Positions 49,201 through 58,396 of a stretch of 64,000 bases of DNA are shown here, one piece after another. This DNA is from Patescibacteria group bacterium UBA2772. GTDB lineage: Bacteria > Patescibacteriota > Minisyncoccia > Moranbacterales > DUUL01. Made by a program: the position numbers and the translations under genes. The stretch lies in the NCBI GenBank assembly GCA_002352545.1, contig DEIO01000017.1, positions 4,631 through 68,630 of the forward strand, read 5' to 3'. The first letter of the stretch is position 1. Each line of letters starts with the position of its first letter. The notes under the pieces were generated by a model, which had not been told where the DNA came from, did no database searches, and worked only from the letters and a program-made list of their open reading frames with translations.

Positions 49201-52200
49201 TACTTTCAAATGCTCCAGGGACTATTCAAAGAGGCGGAGAACTAGCACTTTCTGATGGAAAATTATATGCATTAAGGGGGAATAATCAAAGAAATTTGTA
49301 CGTATATGATTTAGAGAATGATATTTGGTCTACGCTTAGTGATACTCCTGATACAGTATATTATGGAGGCTCCTTGATAGAGGGGCCAGAAGGATTTTTA
49401 TATGCCTCACGTGGATATAACTCTCCTACATTTTGGATGTATGATATAGAGGCTGACAGTTGGTCTTCTAGTTCCAGTGCTCCAAAAAACTTTACATATG
49501 GTAGTTCATTATCATCAAAAGGTGAGAGATATATCTATGCTTTTCCTGGAAATGATGATGTTTTCTATCGTTACGATACTCAAGAAAATCGTTGGACAAC
49601 CCTGAATAATGCAGAATTTGGAAATCCAAATGAAGGTGATGGACAAAGAGCTTATGTCGGTGGAGACGCAGTTTCTGATGGCGAGAACTATATCTATGCA
49701 TCTCAAGGAAACTATTACCCTTATTTTTCTAAGTATATAATTGAAGATGATGAGGAGAAAGGTGAGGAAGCAGACACTTGGGTTCCTTTAGCTAAATCTC
49801 CGATTGGAGTTTCTTATGGTGGTTGTGTTGCCTATGACGATGAAACCAAGTCAGTTTTTATGCTAAGTGGAAATTGGAGGGACAATTTTTTAAGATATGA
49901 TTCAATAACTGATTCTTGGAATGAGCTGCCAAAGATACCAGCTAGTATAGCTTATGGAACAACAATGAAAGTTGTCGATGGATTTGTCTATGTTCTAAGG
50001 GCAAATAATTCATCTTTATTCTATCGGTTTAATATCGAAGAAAATTCTTGGGAAATTCCACAAAGAGGTCTTTTTGGACCATCTCATCTAGGGACTGGCT
50101 CTACTTTTGATTATTACTATGGATCTGAAATGGAAGAAGATGATAGCGGGAATATCTATATAATACGTGGAGATCATAGCAATGATTTTGGTAGGTATAA
50201 TATTTCTTCAGGAGAATTTGTGATGTTAGATTCTTTACCTGTAGGTGTTTATTATGGTTCTGCAATGGTGTTTAATAAAGACGAAGGTGCTATCTATGCC
50301 TCGGCAGGATCTGGAATAAGAACAAGAGACAATAGCGGAGAGAGTAATTACTTTATGAAATATACAATAGCTACTAATTCTTGGGAAATTATCACAGATG
50401 ATCCCATCCCAGACCAAACTTCATATGGTTCTTCAATGGTTTATGATGGTTCAAGATATATTTATCTTTCAGAAGGATCTAACACGGACGATTGGTGGAG
50501 TTATGATACGCAAGCTGTTTCCGGTTCAAGATGGTCAACTAATTTACCAACCACAAGTGGTCAATTGCAATACTATGGAGGGGAGATGATATATAAAGAA
50601 GTTGGTGGAGTCCCATATATTTATTGGACAAGAGGAGGAACAACAGTATATTTTTTCAAATATAATTTAGATACAAGTACCTGGACGCGGCTTGAGGATA
50701 CACCAGAAACGCTTCAACATGGTGCCTCACTGGTTGATGGTGAAGATGGGTATTTATATACTGCAAGAGGTCAAAATACAGGTAGTTTTTTTAGATTTAA
50801 TATATCAGGTGAAATATGGGAAACCCTGGAGGAGGTCCCGGCACGAGTGTATACAGGCGGAGCAGCAACGTTTGCTAGTGACAGGGTTTGGATGATTGCT
50901 AGAGGATCATATGCCTATACTGATGGTATCTATAGTTATTTGATAGGTTCTCAGGATACAGATACTGGTTTTAAGAAGACAGGAAACTATACATCAGAAT
51001 CAATTGATTTGATTGATGTTTATCGTTGGGGAAATCTAACAGCTAATTATACTTTACCAACAAATACCAGTATTCAGATTTACACAAGAACATCTGGTGA
51101 TGAATCTGAATGGACAACATGGGAACAAGTTTCAAATGAGCAGATATTGAATAATGAACATCGTTTCAATATTTCGTCAGGTGTTAATAGATATCTTCAA
51201 ATTAGAACAGAATTTACTTCTTCGGACAGAATAAAATCACCATTGCTTGAAGATATTACTGTTAATTATTATCAAGATTCTGTAGCTCCAACAAATCCGA
51301 CCGTAGTTAGTGCATATGACACTAGATCTTTAGTTAATTCTCTTGTAACGGATTCGTGGTATGATCATGGGTCGCCTCATTTTGTTTGGCCTAGTGATGA
51401 ACAAGTTGGCGGTGCTAGCGATGGTGTTGGCGGGTCTGGTGTTGTGGGCTACTATGTCTATTTTGGTACAAATGCTTTAGTGGACCCATATCTAGATGGA
51501 ACATTTCAAACTACAAATGAATATACAGCAACAGAGCTGGTCACAGGGCAGAATTATTATCTTAGAATCAAAGCAGTTGATGATGCTCAAATGATTCCAG
51601 CTTCAACATATGCTGCTTTTACTTATAAATATGATGTTACGCCTCCGGAAAATCCGACTAGTATATTAGTTAATCCAGCTGGGTATACAGCTTTTGATAC
51701 ATATGACTTTACATGGAACTCTGATGCAATAGATTTGCATTCAGGGGTTGATCATTTTGAATATCAAACGGGCGGTGATGATCCATCTACATGGGTTGAA
51801 ATAAGTGATCCAGCTACAATCACAATGACACTACCAAGTGTTGATCATGTGGTTGCTGCTTATCAGTCTGGTAAGAATTGGTTCCATTTACGAGTTGTAG
51901 ATGCTGCGGGAAATATTTCAGAAACTTTGAAGCAAGAATATTATTTTAGTGCTAGTGCTCCTTCTCCTCCAAGAAATTTAACGGTGACACCAGAGACTTC
52001 AACTACAAATTCATTTGCATTTCAATGGGAGCAACCAGAATCATTTTTAGGTGATGCATCAAAGGTCTCTTATTTATATTCAGTAAATGCTCTACCTAAT
52101 GCGTATAATACAACAAAGACTGTTGTTAGAGCTGCTGGCCCAGGACCTTTCGCAACGCAGAAAGGGGCAAATAGATTTTATGTCTGTGCTATGGATGAAG

Positions 52201-53771
52201 CTGAAAATGTGGATTACGATCTGTATGCATATGTTGATTTTACTGCTGATACAACTGCTCCTGGTACGCCAGTTAATGTGCAGATATTTGATACATCTGA
52301 TAGAGAAAATCAAGAATATTCAATTGCTATTAAATGGTCACCACCAGCTGCAATTAATGAAGATAATTTTGCTGGATATATAATATATAGAAGTGATGAT
52401 GGAGTTACTTTTGCAGAGATGGCATCTACTTCTGGTAGTGCATATGTAGATACAGAACTTACAAGCAGGTTGTATTATTATCAAGCAAAGTCAAAAGATA
52501 GTACAAATAATGTTTCAGTTGAGTCAACAACTGTTAGCATTCTTCCAACCGGTAGATACACAACAGCACCAAAACTTGTTACAGAACCTTCTCATACTGT
52601 TCAGGCTTATGATGCTGAGATAAAATGGGGAACAAATCGTGTCGCAAGCTCATTTGTGGAGTATGGAAAATCGATGAGCTTTGGAAAAACCAATGGTCAA
52701 GTAGATAGTGTGACTGACCATATTGTTTCTCTTTCAGGGCTGGATGCTGGTTCAAAATATTATTATAAAGCAAAATACATTGATCCAGACGGTAATATAG
52801 GAACAAGTGAAATCTTGAATTTCGAGACTTTACCACCACCAACTATTTCGGAAGTAGAGGTTACTGATATAGGATTAGAGATAGCAACGGTATCTTGGGA
52901 GACGAATACTAGTTCTGCATGTACCTTAAAATATGGAAAAAATTCTACACTGACAGATACAATGGAGGAGAGTTCTTCAGGTGGAGGACATCTTATGAGG
53001 GTAGAAGATCTTGAAAGTACAACAGATTATAATTTTCAAATAGATTGTCTTGATGATGATCTAAATGATTTTAGTTCAGATAGATATAACTTCAGAACAT
53101 TAGAACAACCAGTTTCTTCCGAGTTAATTGTTGAAAACAAAGAAAATGTTGATCTGCCGACGGTAATTGTTAAATATAATACAACTCTTCCTACAAGCAC
53201 GCTTGTTAAATTTAAAACCTTCAATGAAGGTGAGCCTCATAATTATTTGGACAACACTTTTGTAACAGAGCACTCCATTGAATTAGAGGGGCTGATTCCT
53301 TCAGTTGAATATCAGATTAGTGTAGGAGGTATAGCAGAAGATGGCGTGACCGCAACAACGTTAGAGACTAATGTTGTTACAAAAGCTGATAGTAGGCCAC
53401 CAGGAATTGTTTCGAATAGAGCTGTAGGTAGAGTAATTGGAAGAGGTAACGACGCTAGAGCTAATTTGTATATTAAAGTGGAAACAGATGAATTAACTAC
53501 AACAAAAGTATTTTATAGTCCTGGAATTGTTTTGAGTAACTTTGAACAAAGTTCCTCTGAAGATCCCCTAAATACATATCATTTAGTTACAATACCAGTT
53601 GAACCAGGACAAGTTTATAGTTATATAGTTAAGGCATATGATGAATCAGGAAATGAAACCGCAACAAAAGCTGTAACTGTTGTAGTCGAAGATTCAAAGC
53701 AGAATGCAACGGAAATTGTAGTCGGAACTTTTTCTGATAAGTTCAGTTGGATTTCTAAATTATGGGAATGA
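46251..53771 (+). CDS. Giant (about 2,500 aa) N-terminally anchored Kelch-like / FN3-like surface protein
   Basis: Single uninterrupted ORF. Basic ~120-aa N-terminus, one hydrophobic helix (LLTGLIVVIFLVSPLISAAP), two blocks of 12 Kelch-like blades, two homologous ~90-aa modules, and a C-terminal array of FN3-like units. Start uncertain: TTG 46251, GTG 46293 or ATG 46473. Confidence 0.85.
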   Translation: MFYKNRRLIRILAKVEQKNNKKNKSLYKKPKKESSILGIFGLFRRNKKVKNRSKIVSKPLVEKSTGSKLDQFLEMQRGGRRDRTVLGWRFSFLKIASKFKDFVSVVSTFVFRLLKVLVYNSSLLTGLIVVIFLVSPLISAAPQSKVITSQNEWERGEVSNVSTTSKTDSIQLKSDGTWTARAWAPTEDTIAYGSSSVIVGNHLYVIRGYSDNDLYVYNIGLNEWEETIDLPQPAFYGADIAYNGTDKIYFIFGGYSKEFYSYDIESKSWERLPELLDSVYLGASIEFDGTDLYINRGTVSTDFWKFDISENSWYNLAPSPATIYRGGNMVYGENGKMYVLRGYNRDTFWEYDIASNEWNVLAGAPGTFYGEQKGLYRDGYVYFLRSYNTTGFYRYNIAGDSWETLENTPLITDYSSLSYDSDNDEIFVIRADGSYNFWKFDPTEGATGDWIGPENVPGTVNSGGDLIWNGVSGVGNYVYVVQGDGRTGFFRYDVSNNTWDTMANIPATMGYDTKGTYHNGYVYIARGDNTTGNFYRYDVAGDSWSTMAVAPGTLRYGCSATYNASDGYIYMTRGNGQDDLYRYDIAGDFWVSMAEIVADGIRYYVYSGGRLISDGTDLYLMPGDGETAFLKYDTAGNSWSTLSRMPTAQYYGTDMTYDGNGKILALGGNYKDHTWEYDVVGDIWRELPFNQKYAYERGTGTGASIEYAGNNSFYATPGNDLTDFWSYTAGTNNFVSNGTFISEILDLGHVESWISLTANENTPSNTALSYETRSSNDMNGWSIWESLSGTDIQSPMRRYLQIRVTLTTSDGVSTPTVNDLTISYNSEDVDPTNPVTIIASSARVGGDILVSGTPYKHAHPYLTWSEGIDAGSSIEGYYVYFGDNDSADPETDGIFQTSTSFSVNLAMATGEYYLRIKTKDNDGNVTDDAWSAFTYNYSGVSPFQVETKTTQADFEEGAVEDISTSNEPDKLQLEGVDGFWQQTLLSNAPGTIQRGGELALSDGKLYALRGNNQRNLYVYDLENDIWSTLSDTPDTVYYGGSLIEGPEGFLYASRGYNSPTFWMYDIEADSWSSSSSAPKNFTYGSSLSSKGERYIYAFPGNDDVFYRYDTQENRWTTLNNAEFGNPNEGDGQRAYVGGDAVSDGENYIYASQGNYYPYFSKYIIEDDEEKGEEADTWVPLAKSPIGVSYGGCVAYDDETKSVFMLSGNWRDNFLRYDSITDSWNELPKIPASIAYGTTMKVVDGFVYVLRANNSSLFYRFNIEENSWEIPQRGLFGPSHLGTGSTFDYYYGSEMEEDDSGNIYIIRGDHSNDFGRYNISSGEFVMLDSLPVGVYYGSAMVFNKDEGAIYASAGSGIRTRDNSGESNYFMKYTIATNSWEIITDDPIPDQTSYGSSMVYDGSRYIYLSEGSNTDDWWSYDTQAVSGSRWSTNLPTTSGQLQYYGGEMIYKEVGGVPYIYWTRGGTTVYFFKYNLDTSTWTRLEDTPETLQHGASLVDGEDGYLYTARGQNTGSFFRFNISGEIWETLEEVPARVYTGGAATFASDRVWMIARGSYAYTDGIYSYLIGSQDTDTGFKKTGNYTSESIDLIDVYRWGNLTANYTLPTNTSIQIYTRTSGDESEWTTWEQVSNEQILNNEHRFNISSGVNRYLQIRTEFTSSDRIKSPLLEDITVNYYQDSVAPTNPTVVSAYDTRSLVNSLVTDSWYDHGSPHFVWPSDEQVGGASDGVGGSGVVGYYVYFGTNALVDPYLDGTFQTTNEYTATELVTGQNYYLRIKAVDDAQMIPASTYAAFTYKYDVTPPENPTSILVNPAGYTAFDTYDFTWNSDAIDLHSGVDHFEYQTGGDDPSTWVEISDPATITMTLPSVDHVVAAYQSGKNWFHLRVVDAAGNISETLKQEYYFSASAPSPPRNLTVTPETSTTNSFAFQWEQPESFLGDASKVSYLYSVNALPNAYNTTKTVVRAAGPGPFATQKGANRFYVCAMDEAENVDYDLYAYVDFTADTTAPGTPVNVQIFDTSDRENQEYSIAIKWSPPAAINEDNFAGYIIYRSDDGVTFAEMASTSGSAYVDTELTSRLYYYQAKSKDSTNNVSVESTTVSILPTGRYTTAPKLVTEPSHTVQAYDAEIKWGTNRVASSFVEYGKSMSFGKTNGQVDSVTDHIVSLSGLDAGSKYYYKAKYIDPDGNIGTSEILNFETLPPPTISEVEVTDIGLEIATVSWETNTSSACTLKYGKNSTLTDTMEESSSGGGHLMRVEDLESTTDYNFQIDCLDDDLNDFSSDRYNFRTLEQPVSSELIVENKENVDLPTVIVKYNTTLPTSTLVKFKTFNEGEPHNYLDNTFVTEHSIELEGLIPSVEYQISVGGIAEDGVTATTLETNVVTKADSRPPGIVSNRAVGRVIGRGNDARANLYIKVETDELTTTKVFYSPGIVLSNFEQSSSEDPLNTYHLVTIPVEPGQVYSYIVKAYDESGNETATKAVTVVVEDSKQNATEIVVGTFSDKFSWISKLWE

Positions 53772-54580
53772 TGAAAAAAGTAAAAAAAGAAGAAGGTATT
53801 AGTAAGACCAGTGTATTGCATGGTCTAGAAAATAGAAATCACAAAAGAGCAACCTCTGAGTTATATACAGAAAAAGAGGGGGTTGTGGTTGTTAGTAATG
53901 TAAAAAAGCATTTTATAGTTGGTGATAACAATATCTCAGTTCTAGATGGTGTTGGACTAAAGATAAAACAAGGAGATTTTGCAATGTTAGTTGGTCCTTC
54001 GGGTTGCGGAAAATCAACACTTTTACATATTGTTTATGGTCTAGAGGCACCAACTGAGGGAGAAGTTTTCATTAAAGGTACAGATATCTGGAAGCATACC
54101 AAAAACTGGAGAGCGGATTTTAGAAATAAAGGGGTTGGGTTTATTCCACAACAAGCATTTTGGTTAAAATCTTTGAGTGTTTTGGAGAATGTTGCTGTTC
54201 CTTCGATAATTGGAGGATTAAAATTTCATGAAGGTCTGGAAAAGGCTGCTCAAATGCTTGAATTAGTAGGAATGAGCCAGTGGTCAAAGCATAGACCTTT
54301 TGATCTCTCTGGTGGACAACAGCAAAGAGTTGCTCTTGCTAGAGCACTTTTATTAAATCCCTGGTTTATAATTGCCGATGAACCAACTGGAAACTTGGAT
54401 CATAAGTCAGGAGTTGAACTTATGGATTTAATAAAACAATTAAATGATAGGTTTGACATAACAATATTAATGGTCACACATAATCCTGAACAATATGCCT
54501 ATGCAACAAAGGTATTTAAAATGTTAGACGGACAGATTGCGGAAGTTGTTGAGAATAAAAAGAGAAAGTTAAAAAAATAA
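53762..54580 (+). CDS. ABC transporter ATP-binding protein (MacB/LolD/FtsE-like)
   Basis: Walker A GPSGCGKST, signature LSGGQQQRVALARAL, Walker B IIADEPTGNLD. The in-frame ATG at 53768 forms an ATGA overlap with the giant gene's TGA (53769-53771). Confidence 0.93.
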   Translation: MGMMKKVKKEEGISKTSVLHGLENRNHKRATSELYTEKEGVVVVSNVKKHFIVGDNNISVLDGVGLKIKQGDFAMLVGPSGCGKSTLLHIVYGLEAPTEGEVFIKGTDIWKHTKNWRADFRNKGVGFIPQQAFWLKSLSVLENVAVPSIIGGLKFHEGLEKAAQMLELVGMSQWSKHRPFDLSGGQQQRVALARALLLNPWFIIADEPTGNLDHKSGVELMDLIKQLNDRFDITILMVTHNPEQYAYATKVFKMLDGQIAEVVENKKRKLKK

Positions 54581-54582
54581 AA

Positions 54583-55824
54583 ATGAAGTTAGCTTTTTGG
54601 AAAAAAGAAAAATACTCTAAAATCAAATTGTACATGATTATTTTTCTTAGTTGGAGAAATCTTCGTGTTAACAAAACCAGGTCTTTTTTAACGGTTGGTG
54701 GTGTTGCTTTGGGTATTGCTATAATATCTTTTTTGCTTTGTATTGGTTTTGGTATTCAAGGAATGATTATCGATGAAGTTACTAAAAATAATCCTCGAGA
54801 TGTAATGGATATTAACAATGGAAACTTAGACAATTTCGTTACATTGAATGATAGCTTTATTGAGAAAATTCAAAATATAGAGAATGTTGAAAAAGTTACT
54901 AGGCAGGTTAATACTGGAGGAAAATTGGAATATAATGATTCCCAGATTGATATTGTTATTTATGGAGCAAATCGTGATTACTTAGAGCTTGCCAAGATTC
55001 CTTTTGAAGAAGGAGACAAAAAATTCGAAGACGACAAAGGTGGTATAATAGCATCTATGCAAATCGCAAATATTATGGGACTAGATGATCCTAAGGAGCT
55101 TATCGGGAAAAAAGTAAAAATAGACGTCGTACTTTCAAAAGAAATCAGCTCAACGATTAAAGAGGAAACGACTGCTACTGGAAATGAAGTTGAGATTATA
55201 GGAATCTCTCACTCAACCAATTCAATTGTGTATATGCCGTTTTCTTATTTGAATCAAGAGTTCGGTATTGATTCTGCTCAGAAAGGAAAAATCTTAATGA
55301 AGGATCCAAATATAATGGCCACAGCAGAGCTAGCTGTACAGCATTTAGGTTTTTTAACAGAGAGTGTGAACGAAATAATAGAAGATATCAATAGTTTTTT
55401 TGTGGTTATTAGAATTATTATGATAATTCTAGGAACAATTATTATGTCTATTTCAGCGATGGGTATGTTAAATACGCTTAGTATTTCTCTTCTGCAGAGA
55501 ACTAAAGAGGTTGGAATTTTGAAAGCTCTAGGAGCGAAAAGAGAAGACATATTTAAAATGTTTATTTTTGAAGCAATTTTGATTAGTGTTGTAGGAGGAT
55601 TAATTGGTCTATTTAGTGGTTATGGAATAGCTTTTGGTGCTAATAAGTTGCTTATTTATCTAGCAAATAATAATGAAGTTGAACTTTCTTACTTTGTTTA
55701 TATACCTTATTACTTTATTGCGGCAATTGCTTTCTTTATTCTTTTTCTTGGTCTTATTACAGGGATTATGCCAGCTCAACGTGCAGCAAAGATTCATGCA
55801 TTAGATGCACTTCGCTATGAATAA
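54583..55824 (+). CDS. ABC transporter permease, FtsX/MacB type
   Basis: TM1, a ~230-aa extracytoplasmic domain, then three C-terminal TM helices with LQRTKEVGILKALGA and the terminal PAQRAAKIHALDALRYE. Starts 2 nt after the ATPase stop. Confidence 0.9.
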   Translation: MKLAFWKKEKYSKIKLYMIIFLSWRNLRVNKTRSFLTVGGVALGIAIISFLLCIGFGIQGMIIDEVTKNNPRDVMDINNGNLDNFVTLNDSFIEKIQNIENVEKVTRQVNTGGKLEYNDSQIDIVIYGANRDYLELAKIPFEEGDKKFEDDKGGIIASMQIANIMGLDDPKELIGKKVKIDVVLSKEISSTIKEETTATGNEVEIIGISHSTNSIVYMPFSYLNQEFGIDSAQKGKILMKDPNIMATAELAVQHLGFLTESVNEIIEDINSFFVVIRIIMIILGTIIMSISAMGMLNTLSISLLQRTKEVGILKALGAKREDIFKMFIFEAILISVVGGLIGLFSGYGIAFGANKLLIYLANNNEVELSYFVYIPYYFIAAIAFFILFLGLITGIMPAQRAAKIHALDALRYE

Positions 55825-55850
55825 GAGCGGATACTATTTTAAATAAAAAA

Positions 55851-55873
55851 ACACTCCAATGGAGTGTTTTTTT
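55851..55873. terminator. Bidirectional terminator between the ABC permease and glgP
   Basis: A7-ACACTCC-AAT-GGAGTGT-T7. Confidence 0.8.
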
Positions 55874-55893
55874 ATTTAAAAGTAGGTTTATTT

Positions 55894-57540
55894 CTATGGT
55901 GTCCAAATTTTTTCTTGATACTCATTGACTAGTCTATGAGTATTAAAATAACTCACAAGTGAAACAGCACTTTTCATTCTTTCTTGCCACTCTTCTTCTT
56001 TATTGTAATAACAATCAATCAAGTTCTCTAATTGATTTAATAAAGCCTTTGAGTCATGAGTATCTTGATCTTCTCCTTGAGCGAAAGGTTCATTTCCAAA
56101 GGCCCATCCAGCCTTATTGTTCATATTAAATCCTTCAATCCACCACCCATCTAATATTGATAGATTTAATCCTCCATTCAAAGATGCTTTCATGCCACTT
56201 GTACCACTGGCTTCTCTTGGTGGAATGGGATTGTTTAACCATACATCACAACCAGAAATTAATTTCTGAGCAACCTCCATATTGTACTTTGTTAGCATCA
56301 CAGCTCTAATTTGACCACGTAACATATAAGAATACTTTTCTACATCTTTTTTAATTTGGTTGCAGAAGGAATCTCCTTCATGACAATTTCCAGCAAAAAC
56401 AAGTTGTATTTTTCGATAGCCAATATTTCGTAGCCTCTCTAGGTTTTTAAAGATAAGAGAATGTCTTTTGTAGGGAACATATCTACGAGCAAATCCAATG
56501 GTTAGAGTTTTGACACCAAAATAATCATCATCCTCAATCTTTTCAAAAGGGAATAGTTCTTTCTGATTGTTCAGCCAGTCAACCAGAACCTTTTTTTGAT
56601 TTTTGTGTGCCTCAACTAGTTTTAAAGAGTCTAGTTTTTTGGTCGCTTCTTTTAACAAACCAGGATTTTCTTCCCAACTAGGAAATGTTTCATCTAAAAG
56701 TTGTTTCATGTTCTTTCCAACCCAACGAGGATGATAGATTCCATTGGTAACATTTTTAAAGTCATGACGAGGAAACATTTCTTCACAAACTTCGCGATGT
56801 TTAGCAGAAACACTATTGGAAACACGACTTAGATTCAGCGCTAAGTCAGTTGTGCTTAGGTCTTGATAGGTCGCATGTTCCTTAATGTCCATTGGAATGG
56901 CTTTATTCATAGTGCTATAAGCAAGGCCGTATTCAAAATGATCATGTCCAGCAGGCACAGGAGTATGTGTTGTAAACGTACACAATTCCTTTACTTTTTT
57001 TGCGTCGTAGCTGTGTTTCTTTAGCAATTCAAGTGTCAATAAAGATGAGTGACCCTCATTCATATGGAATGTATTGATATTTGTATAACCAAGAGCTTCT
57101 AATGCTCTTACGCCAGCTATTCCTAGAATTATCTCTTGTCCTAAACGAGTGTATCTATCGGCTGCATATAAATACTTAGTTAAATCCCTATCCCATTCTT
57201 TGTTGTCTGGGTGGTTGCTACTAAGAAATATAATAGGGATTATTTTCTCACTTTTTCCTTTTAAATCTAGTTCCCAAATTACTATTTTTACTTTTCTTCC
57301 TTCAATTTCAACTTCTACTGTTTGGTCGTTTTTGTTTAAAAATTGTTCTGCTTTAAATCTCTTTCCCTCGTCTTCACTTTGATGATAAAACAAAGAAACA
57401 CCGACCACGTCACTTCCTAAATCGGCACAAGAGTGAAGTGTATCCCCGGCTAGTATTCCTAGGCCTCCTGCGTAGTTTGGAATTGAATTTTGTAGGGCTA
57501 TCTCCATTGAGAAATATGCTGTAGTTTGTATTTTTTTCAC
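55894..57540 (-). CDS. glgP: Alpha-glucan phosphorylase (GT35, short type)
   Basis: GGLGILAGD near the N-terminus and PLP-lysine region EASGTSGMKASLNGGLNLSILDGWW. Confidence 0.85.
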   Translation of the reverse strand: MKKIQTTAYFSMEIALQNSIPNYAGGLGILAGDTLHSCADLGSDVVGVSLFYHQSEDEGKRFKAEQFLNKNDQTVEVEIEGRKVKIVIWELDLKGKSEKIIPIIFLSSNHPDNKEWDRDLTKYLYAADRYTRLGQEIILGIAGVRALEALGYTNINTFHMNEGHSSLLTLELLKKHSYDAKKVKELCTFTTHTPVPAGHDHFEYGLAYSTMNKAIPMDIKEHATYQDLSTTDLALNLSRVSNSVSAKHREVCEEMFPRHDFKNVTNGIYHPRWVGKNMKQLLDETFPSWEENPGLLKEATKKLDSLKLVEAHKNQKKVLVDWLNNQKELFPFEKIEDDDYFGVKTLTIGFARRYVPYKRHSLIFKNLERLRNIGYRKIQLVFAGNCHEGDSFCNQIKKDVEKYSYMLRGQIRAVMLTKYNMEVAQKLISGCDVWLNNPIPPREASGTSGMKASLNGGLNLSILDGWWIEGFNMNNKAGWAFGNEPFAQGEDQDTHDSKALLNQLENLIDCYYNKEEEWQERMKSAVSLVSYFNTHRLVNEYQEKIWTP

Positions 57541-57750
57541 GATAAATTTTTCTAGTTTTATGTTTATAATTTTTTTAATAAGTATATTTATAATAGCATA
57601 AGAAGCGCTTTTCTCCGAATTTTAATAAGTTGCTCTTTATTGACTAATAAATTTGTTTATGCTGTAATAAAAATGAAAAAGGTCAATGTGGTCTTTTTTA
57701 GTACTTTATATTTTTTAGTTTTATAAAATTTCAAAAGGCTCAAGGAGGGC

Positions 57751-58374
57751 ATGGTAATGAAAGAAAGATGCTCAATTTGTTGTTGGCTACCGATTCTTTG
57801 GTTTTTGTATACCATTGAAGCTTTGCCACTTTTGTTATATCTGATTATTATTGCTGGTTTTTATGAGGTCAGGGTACGCAACAAGAAAGTAACAAAATGG
57901 TCATTAATAGCATATTTCCACATAGTTGGATTGTCGTGGCTTTTGGCGATGTTACCACAGGAAGTTTGGTTTGTGGTTATGATTGCAGTTGTTAATGATG
58001 CCGCAGCCTTGTTTGGTGGTAAATATTGTAACTTCACTGCCTTTATGCGTTGGCATATTTTTCCCATGAGTCCCAACAAGACTCTAGGAGGTTTTATCTA
58101 TGGTGTTGCAGCCGGCAGCGCTATTGGATTTTATTTAGTGGAGCTATTTAATTTTCCACACGGGTATAAACTTATGATTATTCCTTTGTGCTTAGCATCA
58201 GTAATCGGTGATTTAATTGAAAGTAAATTTAAACGAGTAAATAAAATTAAAGACTCAGGAGAAGGACTCTTTACTGAAAAACTGCTTTATGGACATGGTG
58301 GAATATATTGTAGGTTTGACGCACTGGCATTTACTTGTCATGTGTGGGCAATTTTAACATTTATTCTAATCTAA
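57751..58374 (+). CDS. cdsA: Phosphatidate cytidylyltransferase (short)
   Basis: C-terminal signature SKFKRVNKIKDSG....GHGGIYCRFDAL. Polytopic. Confidence 0.75.
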   Translation: MVMKERCSICCWLPILWFLYTIEALPLLLYLIIIAGFYEVRVRNKKVTKWSLIAYFHIVGLSWLLAMLPQEVWFVVMIAVVNDAAALFGGKYCNFTAFMRWHIFPMSPNKTLGGFIYGVAAGSAIGFYLVELFNFPHGYKLMIIPLCLASVIGDLIESKFKRVNKIKDSGEGLFTEKLLYGHGGIYCRFDALAFTCHVWAILTFILI

Positions 58375-58396
58375 AAATCAACAGGAGGAGATTGCT

